DNA of 56,658 bases from a virus, in the IMG/VR virus record IMGVR_UViG_3300045988_084830, positions 1 through 56,658 of that record; one strand, written 5' to 3'. The notes beneath the pieces were generated by a model. That model was given only the letters and a program-made list of their open reading frames with translations. It did no database searches and was not told the origin of the DNA. This document shows, one piece after another, positions 18,519-27,367 of the stretch (within the stretch, counting starts at the first letter, position 1; every line of letters starts with the position of its first letter). Both the position numbers and the translations under genes were made by a program.

Positions 18519-19301
18519 ATGGAACAAAAGGTTAAATATGCTATCAATCTTATCAGCGAAAACGGGCAGGTTGTCGTGTCCAGCCGTGAAGTAGCAGAAA
18601 ATTTCGGAAAAGAACATCGGAACGTCATGCGAGATGTAGAAAACATCATGTCACAGGGTGTGCTCAAAAATGAGCAGACCCCCATGTTCTTCAAGACCGA
18701 GTACACCCACGAGCAGAACGGTCAGACATATCCCATGTATCTGATGAATCGCGATGGGTTTACGCTCCTTGCTATGGGATTTACCGGAAAGGAAGCCCTT
18801 GAATGGAAGCTCAAGTACATTGATGCTTTCAATCAGATGGAGCAGAAGCTTACCAACCCGGAGCCTGAATCAACAGAGATGCTGTTGAGCCGTGCTCTGA
18901 TTGCCGCTCACAGCGTTATCGACACGGAGCGTAAGAAAGTAAAGGCTCTGGAAGCGGAAAACGCCAAGATGAAGCCTGATTCCGATTACGCAAAGGCGAT
19001 GCTACTTTCCGATGAAAGCCTGACTACCACGCAGATTGCCATGAACTACGGCATGAGCGCACGAAAGCTGAACAAGATTCTTAGAGAGCTTGGCATCCAG
19101 CATACAGTGAACAAGCAGTGGATTCCTTACCAGAAGTATCTTGGCAACGGATACGTTGTCGGGCATCCGATCGAGCTGCCGAACGGCAAGACGAAAGAGG
19201 TCACCCGCTGGACAAGAGCCGGTCAGAAGTTCATTTATAGCAAGCTCAAAGAAGCGGGCTATCTGCCTGTTGGCGAGCAGATTAGAATGGAGACGTGCTG
19301 A
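18519..19301 (+). CDS. Rha-family regulator / KilAC-domain antirepressor
   Basis: The N-terminus VVSSREVAENFGKEHRNVMRDVENI matches the Rha motif. The C-terminus ...TTTQIAMNYGMSARKLNKILRELG is KilAC-like. Confidence 0.8.
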   Translation: MEQKVKYAINLISENGQVVVSSREVAENFGKEHRNVMRDVENIMSQGVLKNEQTPMFFKTEYTHEQNGQTYPMYLMNRDGFTLLAMGFTGKEALEWKLKYIDAFNQMEQKLTNPEPESTEMLLSRALIAAHSVIDTERKKVKALEAENAKMKPDSDYAKAMLLSDESLTTTQIAMNYGMSARKLNKILRELGIQHTVNKQWIPYQKYLGNGYVVGHPIELPNGKTKEVTRWTRAGQKFIYSKLKEAGYLPVGEQIRMETC

Positions 19302-19576
19302 TGGACTACTCCGAAGAAATGTTTCGGCTACAAGCTGAGAATGAAGAGCACAAAGCCGTTTTAGAAAAAAGCCATGAAATCCTTAATCAGGCATTAGAAA
19401 TCATCATGCCAGAGGATAAGAGGTCAAGAAAAGTTGTAAGTGTAGCGCTAGCAACGTCCGTACAACATTTTTGCGAGGACAGCTATTCAATGGGATACAA
19501 TGATTGTTTGCTCGACATTCTCAGGGAAAAGGAAGAAGTCAGCGCTCCTATCATGTTTCCAACACTTAAATCGTAA
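19295..19576 (+). CDS. Hypothetical protein
   Basis: 93-aa ORF that overlaps the upstream stop. Confidence 0.45.
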   Translation: MLMDYSEEMFRLQAENEEHKAVLEKSHEILNQALEIIMPEDKRSRKVVSVALATSVQHFCEDSYSMGYNDCLLDILREKEEVSAPIMFPTLKS

Positions 19577-19588
19577 ATAGCCTATAAG

Positions 19589-19629
19589 AAAAGCCAGTGG
19601 TTAGAGAACATCTAGCCGCTGGCTTTTTA
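19589..19629. terminator. Bidirectional intrinsic terminator
   Basis: Hairpin AGCCAGTGG...CCGCTGGCT is flanked by an A-run and a T-run, between convergent genes. Confidence 0.6.
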
Positions 19630-19631
19630 TG

Positions 19632-20477
19632 TTATAGGTCAATAACAGGCTTTTCGGATTTTTCTATACCAAGAACCAAATTTCCACTAATTTTAATCCA
19701 CTCACCGTCTTTACAGTTCACATTGATAAGCTGACTATATTCATAATCGTACTGAACACCAACGTGTTCAAAATATGTACAAGCACCAAGCGTTGTGTTT
19801 CCTTCTTCTTTATACTTTTGGAATGAACCAGCCCCGAACACCCACTTAAAATTGTACACGCCAACAGGGATATCCTTGCCAACAACATAATCGCCAGCAG
19901 GGATTTGGTTCTTTTGCAGCTTCAAAGGAACTCCATTATCACGAATTTTCCTTTGTCGTTGTTCTGGCTCGGTTTGCTCTTCTTCCATATCAGCTTCTAT
20001 TGATTGTTTTGTTTCAGGGTCTTTCCCTATCATTCTTGCGAGTGAATCCCTGTCCCACAGTTCAACATTTAACGTTTTAGCCAGCGTTTGCGCATTTGGA
20101 GTAAAATAAACATTTGTGAACACAACGGCTTTATCTGCGCCATATTTCTTTGCGCCAGCGTAAATCTCTTGAATTGGTTTCAGTCCTAAGTTTGAGCTGT
20201 ACCGTTTACATTGAAACGCCCATTTTTGGTTGTCTTTATTCGCAGTTATATCAACTCCGTAATCTCCGCTCGCTTTTGTGACATTAACATTCTTGAATCC
20301 GTTTTCCCTGAGAACTTTTGCGATAAAATACTCAAATCTGTGGCCTTCCATCTCGTCAATTTTTGAGAAATCAATATCTACAAGCGCATCTTCATCACTT
20401 CGTTTTGATAGAACCGCTATCAAATAAAAAAATATAACGATTGCGACAATAGCTATCATATAGCAAGTCTCCAGCAT
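19632..20477 (-). CDS. Membrane-anchored Mrr-like (PD-(D/E)XK) restriction endonuclease domain protein
   Basis: N-terminal TM segment IAIVAIVIFFYLIAVL, then GDYGVDITA...WAFQCKRY (D...QxK core), followed by about 110 aa of unknown C-terminal domain. Confidence 0.7.
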   Translation of the reverse strand: MLETCYMIAIVAIVIFFYLIAVLSKRSDEDALVDIDFSKIDEMEGHRFEYFIAKVLRENGFKNVNVTKASGDYGVDITANKDNQKWAFQCKRYSSNLGLKPIQEIYAGAKKYGADKAVVFTNVYFTPNAQTLAKTLNVELWDRDSLARMIGKDPETKQSIEADMEEEQTEPEQRQRKIRDNGVPLKLQKNQIPAGDYVVGKDIPVGVYNFKWVFGAGSFQKYKEEGNTTLGACTYFEHVGVQYDYEYSQLINVNCKDGEWIKISGNLVLGIEKSEKPVIDL

Positions 20478-20481
20478 TCAT

Positions 20482-20514
20482 AAAAGCCAGCGGCTTTTCG
20501 GCTACTGGCTTTTA
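20482..20514 (-). terminator. Intrinsic terminator-like hairpin related to the one at 19589
   Basis: AAAGCCAG...CTGGCTTT followed by T-rich sequence on the minus strand. It shares the AAAAGCCAG(T/C)GG motif. Confidence 0.4.
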
Positions 20515-20527
20515 ATTGTTTCAATGT

Positions 20528-20974
20528 TTAGTCCTCATAACTCGTATCGGTACGGACAAAGTGCATTTTCTTCGTTGTTCCAAGTGCAGATGCGCTATAA
20601 GTGATTTCACCATTTTCGTAAGTGAACGTCTTTGTTTCATCGCCGGAGGCAAGCAGAGCCAACCCAGTCTTTTCCTTATCGTTTGCGGAATCCCATGTGT
20701 AAGGCTCTGCACTGTCAGTAGGTGCTACATAAGAGCCAGCCCAATACAAAGACTTTGTATCGCCGCCATCAGACACCCAATAGATGACAATCTCGCCATC
20801 TTTGATGTATCCAGCCTGATAACTGTCGCCTTTATCTTTTTCTTCCCAGTTCCCCGTTAAGTCAAGTGGCTCAGCCGGAGCGGAACTAGATGTAGTCTTG
20901 CTACCACCACAGCCAACCAACATGATGCAAGCCAAAGTAGCCATCAGAACTGCTGCAATGATTTTCTTTCTCAT
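20528..20974 (-). CDS. Phage-encoded lipoprotein
   Basis: MRKKIIAAVLMATLACIMLVGCGG gives a signal peptide plus the lipobox LVGC. An SD (agggaga) precedes the ATG at 20974. Confidence 0.75.
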   Translation of the reverse strand: MRKKIIAAVLMATLACIMLVGCGGSKTTSSSAPAEPLDLTGNWEEKDKGDSYQAGYIKDGEIVIYWVSDGGDTKSLYWAGSYVAPTDSAEPYTWDSANDKEKTGLALLASGDETKTFTYENGEITYSASALGTTKKMHFVRTDTSYED

Positions 20975-21340
20975 TTTTGTGTCTCCCTTTCTTTGGTATG
21001 TTGCCTTTAGCTGATTATAACACAATCTAGGCTCCGAGAGGGGCCTTTTTGTATTTTTCGGAAAATTTGGAGACTTGCACAATCGGATGGGTTCTGATTT
21101 GTGAAGGTGGGGTGGGTATTGGCAAAGAAAGTCCTTTTTTATTTTTGTCGGAGGAGACGGGACTCACCATCCCCACCCCCGGCTCGCCCCATATACCCCG
21201 CCGGTGGAGACCCAAGCCCCAGCGCACCCGGAACGACTGCACACGACAGGCAAAAGCGCAGGAAGTGCCAAAACCAGGGCAGACAAGTACCAGGGCAGGC
21301 CATACAAGGCAATGCGCGCACCTGGACGTCTTGCACGGCT

Positions 21341-21364
21341 GCACCGTCCAGATCTGGACGGTGC
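21341..21364. repeat. 24-bp perfect palindrome GCACCGTCCAGA/TCTGGACGGTGC
   Basis: Read directly, inside a GC-rich stretch (about 21090..21450) where all six frames are open. Confidence 0.8.
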
Positions 21365-21480
21365 AGACTCTGGGGGTGTGGAGTGTGTCCGAAACTGAGC
21401 AGATACGGACGCTTGAGCGGCACACCAAAACAGGCCTAAAAATCATCACTTTTTCGTGTATGTTTGTTGCCTGCGCAACT

Positions 21481-21539
21481 TTACAAATACACTAAAAAGT
21501 GTTATTATAATGTCAGCAAAAGCATACACTAAAAAGTGT
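21481..21539 (+). promoter_or_regulatory. Promoter (TTACAA ... TATAAT) with two ACACTAAAAAGTGT operators
   Basis: Operators lie at 21489..21502 and 21526..21539. They are the reverse complement of the copies at 17347..17382. Confidence 0.5.
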
Positions 21540-21580
21540 AAATCACACATCACGAAACACCAAAACAGGAGGACAAAACC

Positions 21581-22009
21581 ATGAAAAAGACCATCGATTA
21601 TACCGCACTTGCAGATACTATCCGCGCCGAACTCAACGCCCGCCACGATCGTAGCGCATGGAATAAGGCTGTGACGTTATACGCTCTTGACCTGCTGGAC
21701 GATGTGCAGGAGGGTGCAGACAATATAGAGCGCTTGCCCCTTGACGGTGCAGAGCTTGAGCGGTGGGCGCTCAACGGCGCAAGCTGCTGGGAGCAGTACA
21801 GCAACGGCGGCTGTTCCCTCTGCTATAACGCCGATATCGCTGCCCGCGTCTGCACCCCGTCCGAACTCAAGCGAAAGCACGGTGGAGCGTATGAGCCTAA
21901 CAGCCGGGAAACGTGGCTTGACGTGCAAGCCCGTGCACTGTATCAGGCTTGCAACCGTATCCGCGCCATCTGCCGCACCAACGGCCTGTATTGCAAGGGG
22001 GTGCAGTAA
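21581..22009 (+). CDS. Hypothetical protein
   Basis: 142-aa ORF preceded by an SD (aggagga). Confidence 0.55.
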   Translation: MKKTIDYTALADTIRAELNARHDRSAWNKAVTLYALDLLDDVQEGADNIERLPLDGAELERWALNGASCWEQYSNGGCSLCYNADIAARVCTPSELKRKHGGAYEPNSRETWLDVQARALYQACNRIRAICRTNGLYCKGVQ

Positions 22010-22010
22010 A

Positions 22011-22106
22011 ATGATCACTTTGGACTTTACCCAATGGGCCGCCCTCTGGTATGTGGGCGGCATGATCAGCGGCGCGCTGGTTATGCTGGCATTTCTCAAT
22101 AGCTAA
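22011..22106 (+). CDS. Hypothetical tiny membrane protein (31 aa)
   Basis: Manual ORF MITLDFTQWAALWYVGGMISGALVMLAFLNS, tightly packed between neighbouring genes. Confidence 0.3.
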   Translation: MITLDFTQWAALWYVGGMISGALVMLAFLNS

Positions 22107-22123
22107 TAAGGAGGGCAAAATAA

Positions 22124-22333
22124 ATGTATACAATTTTTTATGGTATCGGCTCCACCGCTGCCAATGGCGGTTTTTATGGGCATAAATGGATAGCTGAGGA
22201 GCTAACCAGCATTGCAAACGGCGATTATTGCGAAAAAATGACCGAAAAAGAAATACAAGCCATGTGCAATGACATCAACTTACACGGCGGACACAACGGG
22301 TTTAAAGTTTGGGCTGAGGTGCAAAAACAATGA
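22124..22333 (+). CDS. Hypothetical protein
   Basis: 69-aa ORF preceded by an SD (aaggagg). Confidence 0.5.
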   Translation: MYTIFYGIGSTAANGGFYGHKWIAEELTSIANGDYCEKMTEKEIQAMCNDINLHGGHNGFKVWAEVQKQ

Positions 22334-22593
22334 CAACGTTTGAAGAAAAAGTGAACGCATACCGCGAAAACAAGCGGCTGATGGAAGAGTTAGAAGCAAT
22401 GAACGATGCAATCAAGGCCGATATCATTGCAATGATGCACGGCGCCCCCGAAATGGTGCAGGGCACTGCAAAGGCCATTTACAAGGATGTTTCTTCCGTC
22501 CGACTTGATAGCAAACTTTTGCAGGCAGCGCACCCGGATATTTATGCTGAATGTAGCAAGCGCACCACATACAAGCGGTTTAGCGTGGTCTGA
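22330..22593 (+). CDS. Hypothetical protein
   Basis: 87-aa ORF whose start overlaps the upstream stop. Confidence 0.5.
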   Translation: MTTFEEKVNAYRENKRLMEELEAMNDAIKADIIAMMHGAPEMVQGTAKAIYKDVSSVRLDSKLLQAAHPDIYAECSKRTTYKRFSVV

Positions 22594-22683
22594 GGGGGTG
22601 CGACAAGTGATATTTTCCTGCATCCTGTTCGTTTTTTGGTTTTTCTCTGCGCTGTTTAAAGCATCAAAATAAGAAGCATTTCA

Positions 22684-22713
22684 CCCGGTCAGAAATGGCC
22701 GGGCTTTTCTTTT
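22684..22713 (+). terminator. Intrinsic terminator
   Basis: CCCGG-loop-CCGGG followed by CTTTTCTTTT. Confidence 0.55.
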
Positions 22714-23239
22714 GCCTTGCATCTGCTGAGGGTGCAGGGCTTTTGTTTTGCCCTGCTGCAATACAGCCTCATGCAAGCGTTTACAGCGTGTTTTGTGAGT
22801 TATACCACCAACACCGCAAAACAGCGCACAGGGCTTTACAGGGGCTTTTCCAGCTATTTATCTCATTTTACCGCCGCAGATAACAGACCGGCAAAAGCGG
22901 ATATAACGCCACCTGCGCCACGTTGGAGCGTATCACAACGCCGCAGCACCTCCAGCACATACCAGATACCAGCACCACGCCGGACGCTGTACAGGCCAGC
23001 ACAGCCGCCCTATTATAATAAGGTATATAAGGGGGCAGCATATCGCAGACCATGCCAGCCCGGCGGGGTCTGTTCCTACCGTCTGCGGATCGCTGGCAAG
23101 TGTTGCACCCGGTGCACCTGCTGAGGGGTCAGCGTCTCCACCCGACGGGGCAGTCCAGCAGCGCGGGCGGCGCGGAACCATTGGCGGCTACCGCCGCATC
23201 TCTTTTCGGGCTTTCGCCCGATAGCTAATAGAGGTCAGC

Positions 23240-23901
23240 AATAGTCGTAGCGTTCCGGCTGGAATAGTCGTAGCCAATAGTCGTAATTTCTCCGATAAAA
23301 TAGTCGTGGAATAGTCGTAAAGTCGTCAGACGACTAGTTTTTGAAAGTCCTATATATCGTATAGTAACGAACAGCTCGCTGATAGTCGCAGAGTAATAGT
23401 CGTAGCGTTTTCTAACGAACCATCGTTAAATAGTCGTGTATTTTTGTGTGAAATAGTCGTTCGCCTTTTAGGAAAAGAGAGGTGCGATAGTCGCTAAGTC
23501 ATCAGACTGCATAAAAATCACAATCCGTTGCATATATTCATTATTTTATTCACCCGCTAGCCATAACAAATTCGTATACCAACCGTACTTATTATAATAT
23601 GCGCTTATATATCCCAGTAACTATCTAGGGATTATTCTGCTGGAATAGTCGTATCATCCGATTCGGCCTGTTCATATCCAATTTAATTCCTATTAACGCA
23701 CTATGATATTTTATTTAATTCATAGCGTTCTACTGGGAATAGTCGCAAACTAAATGCCTCAATATTTTTAACAAACAAAGCAAACCGCTCCGGCTGGTCA
23801 GTTGCTTTCGATTCGCAATCAGTTACTCATATAATCATGCAACATTTATACATATCCAACCGACTACAAAATGAAGTCAATTCTCCATGTAAAGTAGTCG
23901 T
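23240..23901 (+). repeat. Iteron field: at least 9 exact AATAGTCGT copies plus one-mismatch variants, all in one orientation (candidate phage origin)
   Basis: Exact copies start at 23240, 23263, 23276, 23299, 23310, 23395, 23429, 23452 and 23644. Variants start at 23381, 23486, 23738 and 23893. Another exact copy lies at 24724, just upstream of the initiator gene. Confidence 0.8.
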
Positions 23902-24005
23902 AGACCATCCACCAATCCGAACCTCACGCCAGTTCTTGCCTACGGTCTGCTCTGCTAGCTAACGGCGTAGCTTTGGAGATAGAGGGTTGTAGGGGGAAAG
24001 AACCT

Positions 24006-24710
24006 TTACAGGCGATTAAACTCTGGCTCGCTGTACTGCTGCTTCTCCTGCTCCTTGTCAATCCACATATCAGCAAAGGCCTTCCAGTTGGTAATAGGCT
24101 TTCCGGTCTTTGTCATCCAACCTGTTCCCTCATAATAGTTCATGAACCTGCTGGCAAGCCTGTTCTCGCATCCAGCATCCAAAAAATACTCGCTCACATC
24201 CTCGAAGTCCGGCGCGATGGCGTTCCTATCGGGCGGGTCGCCCGCTTTCTTAATAACTTTTTTTCTTTTCTTTTCTTCTATATTAAGGAGGTGAACGATT
24301 GTTCCCCTCACAGGTGAAGTATCGTTCACCTCAGAGGTGAATGATTGTTCACCTCCCTTTTCGCTCTTTGACGATTCTTCCGGCACTTTGACGTATATCT
24401 TATCGGGCTTGTTCTTCCCTTCACGTTTGCGCTCGATCAACCCGGCTTCTTCCAGTTCTTTCAGAGACTTCTTGACCCATCGTTCCGTGAATCCAGCATC
24501 GGCAGCAAGGTCTTTGATGGGATACACGATGTATACTCGACCTAGTTGGTCAGCAAACTTTCCACTTCTGCTTGCCCTCTGCGACGACCTTGCACGATTG
24601 AACAGGTAAAGGTAAACAATTTTTTCTGTTGGGCTAACGTCAATAGTCGAGAGGAATCGAGGGTAGATCATGTACCCATTGACCTTTGTATCGGCTGTCA
24701 TGTATTCCAT
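24006..24710 (-). CDS. Replication initiator (RepA_N-like winged helix N-terminus, DnaD-like C-terminus)
   Basis: YPRFLSTIDVSPTEKIVYLYLFNRA...LKELEEAGLIERKREG is a wHTH pattern. ATG at 24710 follows AGGAGGAG. The iteron field lies next to it. Confidence 0.65.
   Translation of the reverse strand: MEYMTADTKVNGYMIYPRFLSTIDVSPTEKIVYLYLFNRARSSQRASRSGKFADQLGRVYIVYPIKDLAADAGFTERWVKKSLKELEEAGLIERKREGKNKPDKIYVKVPEESSKSEKGGEQSFTSEVNDTSPVRGTIVHLLNIEEKKRKKVIKKAGDPPDRNAIAPDFEDVSEYFLDAGCENRLASRFMNYYEGTGWMTKTGKPITNWKAFADMWIDKEQEKQQYSEPEFNRL
24290..24353. repeat. Three GGTGAA-N6-(G)TTCACC-type repeats inside the initiator gene linker
   Basis: GGTGAACGATTGTTC, GGTGAAGTATCGTTCACC and GGTGAATGATTGTTCACC, read directly. 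Confidence 0.7.
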
Positions 24711-24883
24711 TTTCTCCTCCTGCAATAGTCGTAAACCTCTACAATGCGCTCACAGCCCCGTAGAGCCGTGCTAGAGCTATTTTCTGTGTTTGGTCGATAA
24801 GTTTGCCATCTGACGCTAAAAGCGTTTGTAGGGCTTCTTTGCGCGTATATGCAAAAAGCTGCCATTGCTGACAGCCCATACAC

Positions 24884-25120
24884 TTAGATTCCGTATTTGT
24901 CCTTTTTGTTAAGAACGACCCACCCAAAAAAGTTGAAAGAATTGCATTTTTCTACTCTTTCAAGCTTTTTGGCAGTAACAGCGGTTTTTACGCCATCGCT
25001 TCGTCTGTACAAGTTATGGAACAGGCAATAATCTCCTTGACGGTTCAGGCAAGCATCACATAGACCGTATCTTCCCTTCCCCGCTTGCACGTTGTCTATA
25101 AGCTTCTCGAGTGCATCCAT
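24884..25120 (-). CDS. Hypothetical protein
   Basis: 78-aa ORF with C..C pairs. Confidence 0.45.
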   Translation of the reverse strand: MDALEKLIDNVQAGKGRYGLCDACLNRQGDYCLFHNLYRRSDGVKTAVTAKKLERVEKCNSFNFFGWVVLNKKDKYGI

Positions 25121-25132
25121 GTAGCTTTCCTT

Positions 25133-26338
25133 TCAATCCATCCAAGTGTACTCTTGGAACCGTTGAATTTGCTTGTTAAACGTGATGGGAAGGTCGCCTA
25201 TCTCACCTTCCTTGTTCTTGCTCAACCGGAACAGATACTTGTCGTGGTTATCGCCGGACAGAAGGATGATTGCATCAGCGTCCTGTTCAATCTGTCCGCT
25301 CTCTCGCAAGTCGGAGTTGGTAGGCGTTGCTCCTGGCTTAGATGGGTTTCGATTAAGCTGTGCTAGAGCTACCACGACAATGCCTGTGGTCTGTGCCAGT
25401 TCGTGCATAGCAATGGATATGGCTGTAATGGCGGCATATCTGTCCTTTGCGCCCGTTTCGTGAATGAGTTGAAGATAGTCTACGAAGATGACTTGAGCCT
25501 TTTTACGGAGAGCCTGAGCCTTCATCCACGCCACGTTCTTTCCAGCAGCGGAGCGAATATATAAAGGCATCTTCATGTTTTTTGCCTGTCCGTCAATCTC
25601 ATTCAAACTGACCGCCTTATTTTTCACCGTGTCCAGAGGGCAGTATATTTGATTAGCCATCAGACGTGCGCCCAGCTTGCGTTTGCTGGTTTCTAAGCTG
25701 AAATAGTACACGGTGTAGTTTTGCTTTGCCATGCTTGCTGCTATTTGCAAGGACAGGGCTGTCTTGCCAGCAGACGGTCTGCCGCCGATGATGATGAAAT
25801 CGCCCGGAGAAATGTGTAGTGCTTCATCCAGACGCTCTAGGCCTGTCTTGATGTACACAGGCTTCTCGTCCATGTGAAGCACATAGTCGTTCAGCACATC
25901 CTCGTATGTCCACGCATCTTCTTCCTCAGCTTTCAGGCTCATTGCTTCGCCCATCTGCTGGTAAATGTCTGATAGATCAGAATAGTCTGTAAGCTCGCTG
26001 GTCATCTGAAATGCAAGACCTTGCACACGAGTGAGTGCAGCTTGTTCTCTGATAAGCTGTGCCCAACGCTGCATCTGCTCCCTGTCAATTCGTACACACT
26101 CTGATTCACAGGTTTGTACACACGCCAAGAGCGTCTGCGCTACGTCTGGATGCTGCGTATTTATCTCGACTGTATCTATCTTACCCCTAGCCGTCCAATA
26201 GCCCTGAACAGCCGCAAAAGCGTCTCTCAGCTCAGGTCTGAACAAGTCAAGTTCAAAGTCTGGTATGATTTCATCCACGACGCCCGGCTTGCAGAGCATC
26301 AGCGCACCGATAAATACCGTTTGAACGTCCATTGTCAT
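25133..26338 (-). CDS. dnaB: Replicative DNA helicase (DnaB family)
   Basis: Walker A GGRPSAGKTALSLQ and the RecA-like C-terminal domain pattern. 401 aa. Confidence 0.85.
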   Translation of the reverse strand: MTMDVQTVFIGALMLCKPGVVDEIIPDFELDLFRPELRDAFAAVQGYWTARGKIDTVEINTQHPDVAQTLLACVQTCESECVRIDREQMQRWAQLIREQAALTRVQGLAFQMTSELTDYSDLSDIYQQMGEAMSLKAEEEDAWTYEDVLNDYVLHMDEKPVYIKTGLERLDEALHISPGDFIIIGGRPSAGKTALSLQIAASMAKQNYTVYYFSLETSKRKLGARLMANQIYCPLDTVKNKAVSLNEIDGQAKNMKMPLYIRSAAGKNVAWMKAQALRKKAQVIFVDYLQLIHETGAKDRYAAITAISIAMHELAQTTGIVVVALAQLNRNPSKPGATPTNSDLRESGQIEQDADAIILLSGDNHDKYLFRLSKNKEGEIGDLPITFNKQIQRFQEYTWMD

Positions 26339-26973
26339 AGTCTAGGAAACTCCATCTCCGTACTTTGATCGTACTGGTCATCCTGTTTCAATGCGTAAAT
26401 GTCTTGCCACCCAGCATAGATGCTCTGGTCGAGAATGGCTTTCCAGTCGTGCCGATCAAACTTTTCCAGTTTGTTGCAGAGCATCTGTTTTGCCCGGTCT
26501 GTCATAGGCTTCTTGATTCTTGTACGCATCTGTGCGAACTCTCGCAGTGATTCCAGCAGGGCTTTATCGCCATGAGCAAAGTCGGAGAAGATGTCAGGTT
26601 TCTTCTTGACTGCACTCTCCGGTAAGGCCTTGACGTTCGTCTGACTGTCAGTTGATACGATAGGTTCATTGTCATCTGACCTTGAGCTCATAGATGAGCT
26701 GACCTTCATCTCATTTATGACATGAGGATGAACCGACTTTCGTGTATGCCATCCTTTTGACGCAATACCGCTTCTTTTCCACTCTTCATCGAGCAGATGC
26801 TTAATCAAAATGAAACAAGATTCTGCTTTTTTTGAGTTCAAAGTTGCGTCTTTTTCTTCAAAAACGTATGCACAGATTGCATCGTACAGTTCCAGTTTCT
26901 CTTTACTTTTCAGTGTGGAGATGGCTTCAAAGTAGTATCGTTGGAATGTAAAGCTGTCTCGTTTTTTGTCCAT
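26335..26973 (-). CDS. Replisome organiser / DnaD-domain protein
   Basis: The N-terminus FTFQRYYFEAISTL...LYDAICAY is organiser-like. The C-terminus ...ILDQSIYAGWQDIY is DnaD-like. ATG at 26973. Confidence 0.55.
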   Translation of the reverse strand: MDKKRDSFTFQRYYFEAISTLKSKEKLELYDAICAYVFEEKDATLNSKKAESCFILIKHLLDEEWKRSGIASKGWHTRKSVHPHVINEMKVSSSMSSRSDDNEPIVSTDSQTNVKALPESAVKKKPDIFSDFAHGDKALLESLREFAQMRTRIKKPMTDRAKQMLCNKLEKFDRHDWKAILDQSIYAGWQDIYALKQDDQYDQSTEMEFPRL

Positions 26974-26975
26974 GC

Positions 26976-27164
26976 TCAGTCCTCTTTGTATCGTTTGTTC
27001 CATGCTTCGATAGCGTCTTTGCGTCCATCTTGGATAATTTCAATCTCTCCACTATCGTTCATTCTAAACTCGATTCGATACTCTCTATTGGGATTTGTGA
27101 AACCACATTTATTGCATCGGATGTTAAATTCGTATCCTTTTATAAGGCTTCTTGCTTCCTCCAA
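26976..27164 (-). CDS. Lar-family-like restriction alleviation protein
   Basis: 62 aa with the CNKCG zinc knuckle and a C-terminal AIEAWNKR motif typical of the Lar family. Confidence 0.45.
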   Translation of the reverse strand: MEEARSLIKGYEFNIRCNKCGFTNPNREYRIEFRMNDSGEIEIIQDGRKDAIEAWNKRYKED

Positions 27165-27367
27165 CCGATAAATTCACACCATCCGATTGTCTGCGGGTCG
27201 CATCTGTGCGCGTATTTGACAGTCGGCAAGTCTAATCCTTTTAAGTTATTGCAAACAGTTTCAAGGCTAAAAAGTTTTTCAAGTTCATTGCTAGGAATTT
27301 TTGCATTTTCAGCATTGTAGATGGTCATTCCACACTGCTTACAACGCCATATAGACCATCCTTTCAT
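27140..27367 (-). CDS. Hypothetical Zn-ribbon protein
   Basis: 75 aa containing CKQCG. Confidence 0.4.
   Translation of the reverse strand: MKGWSIWRCKQCGMTIYNAENAKIPSNELEKLFSLETVCNNLKGLDLPTVKYAHRCDPQTIGWCEFIGWRKQEAL

Noticed and set aside
21027-21495. Several overlapping ORFs of 64-148 aa on both strands (21027..21449, 21049..21495, 21101..21439, 21139..21423).
   Set aside because: All frames are open at once in a GC-rich segment, none has a convincing SD, and the peptides are low-complexity. I treat the segment as non-coding.
22717-23124. 135-aa plus-strand ORF downstream of the terminator at 22684.
   Set aside because: It starts inside or after an intrinsic terminator, has no SD and has a Pro/Arg/Thr/Tyr-biased composition from C/A-rich DNA. 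It is likely non-coding.
23240-23901. The repeat field could be a CRISPR array.
   Set aside because: The repeat unit is only 9 bp, spacing is irregular (11-190 bp), and there is no 25-40-bp repeat/spacer periodicity. It behaves like replication iterons next to an initiator gene.
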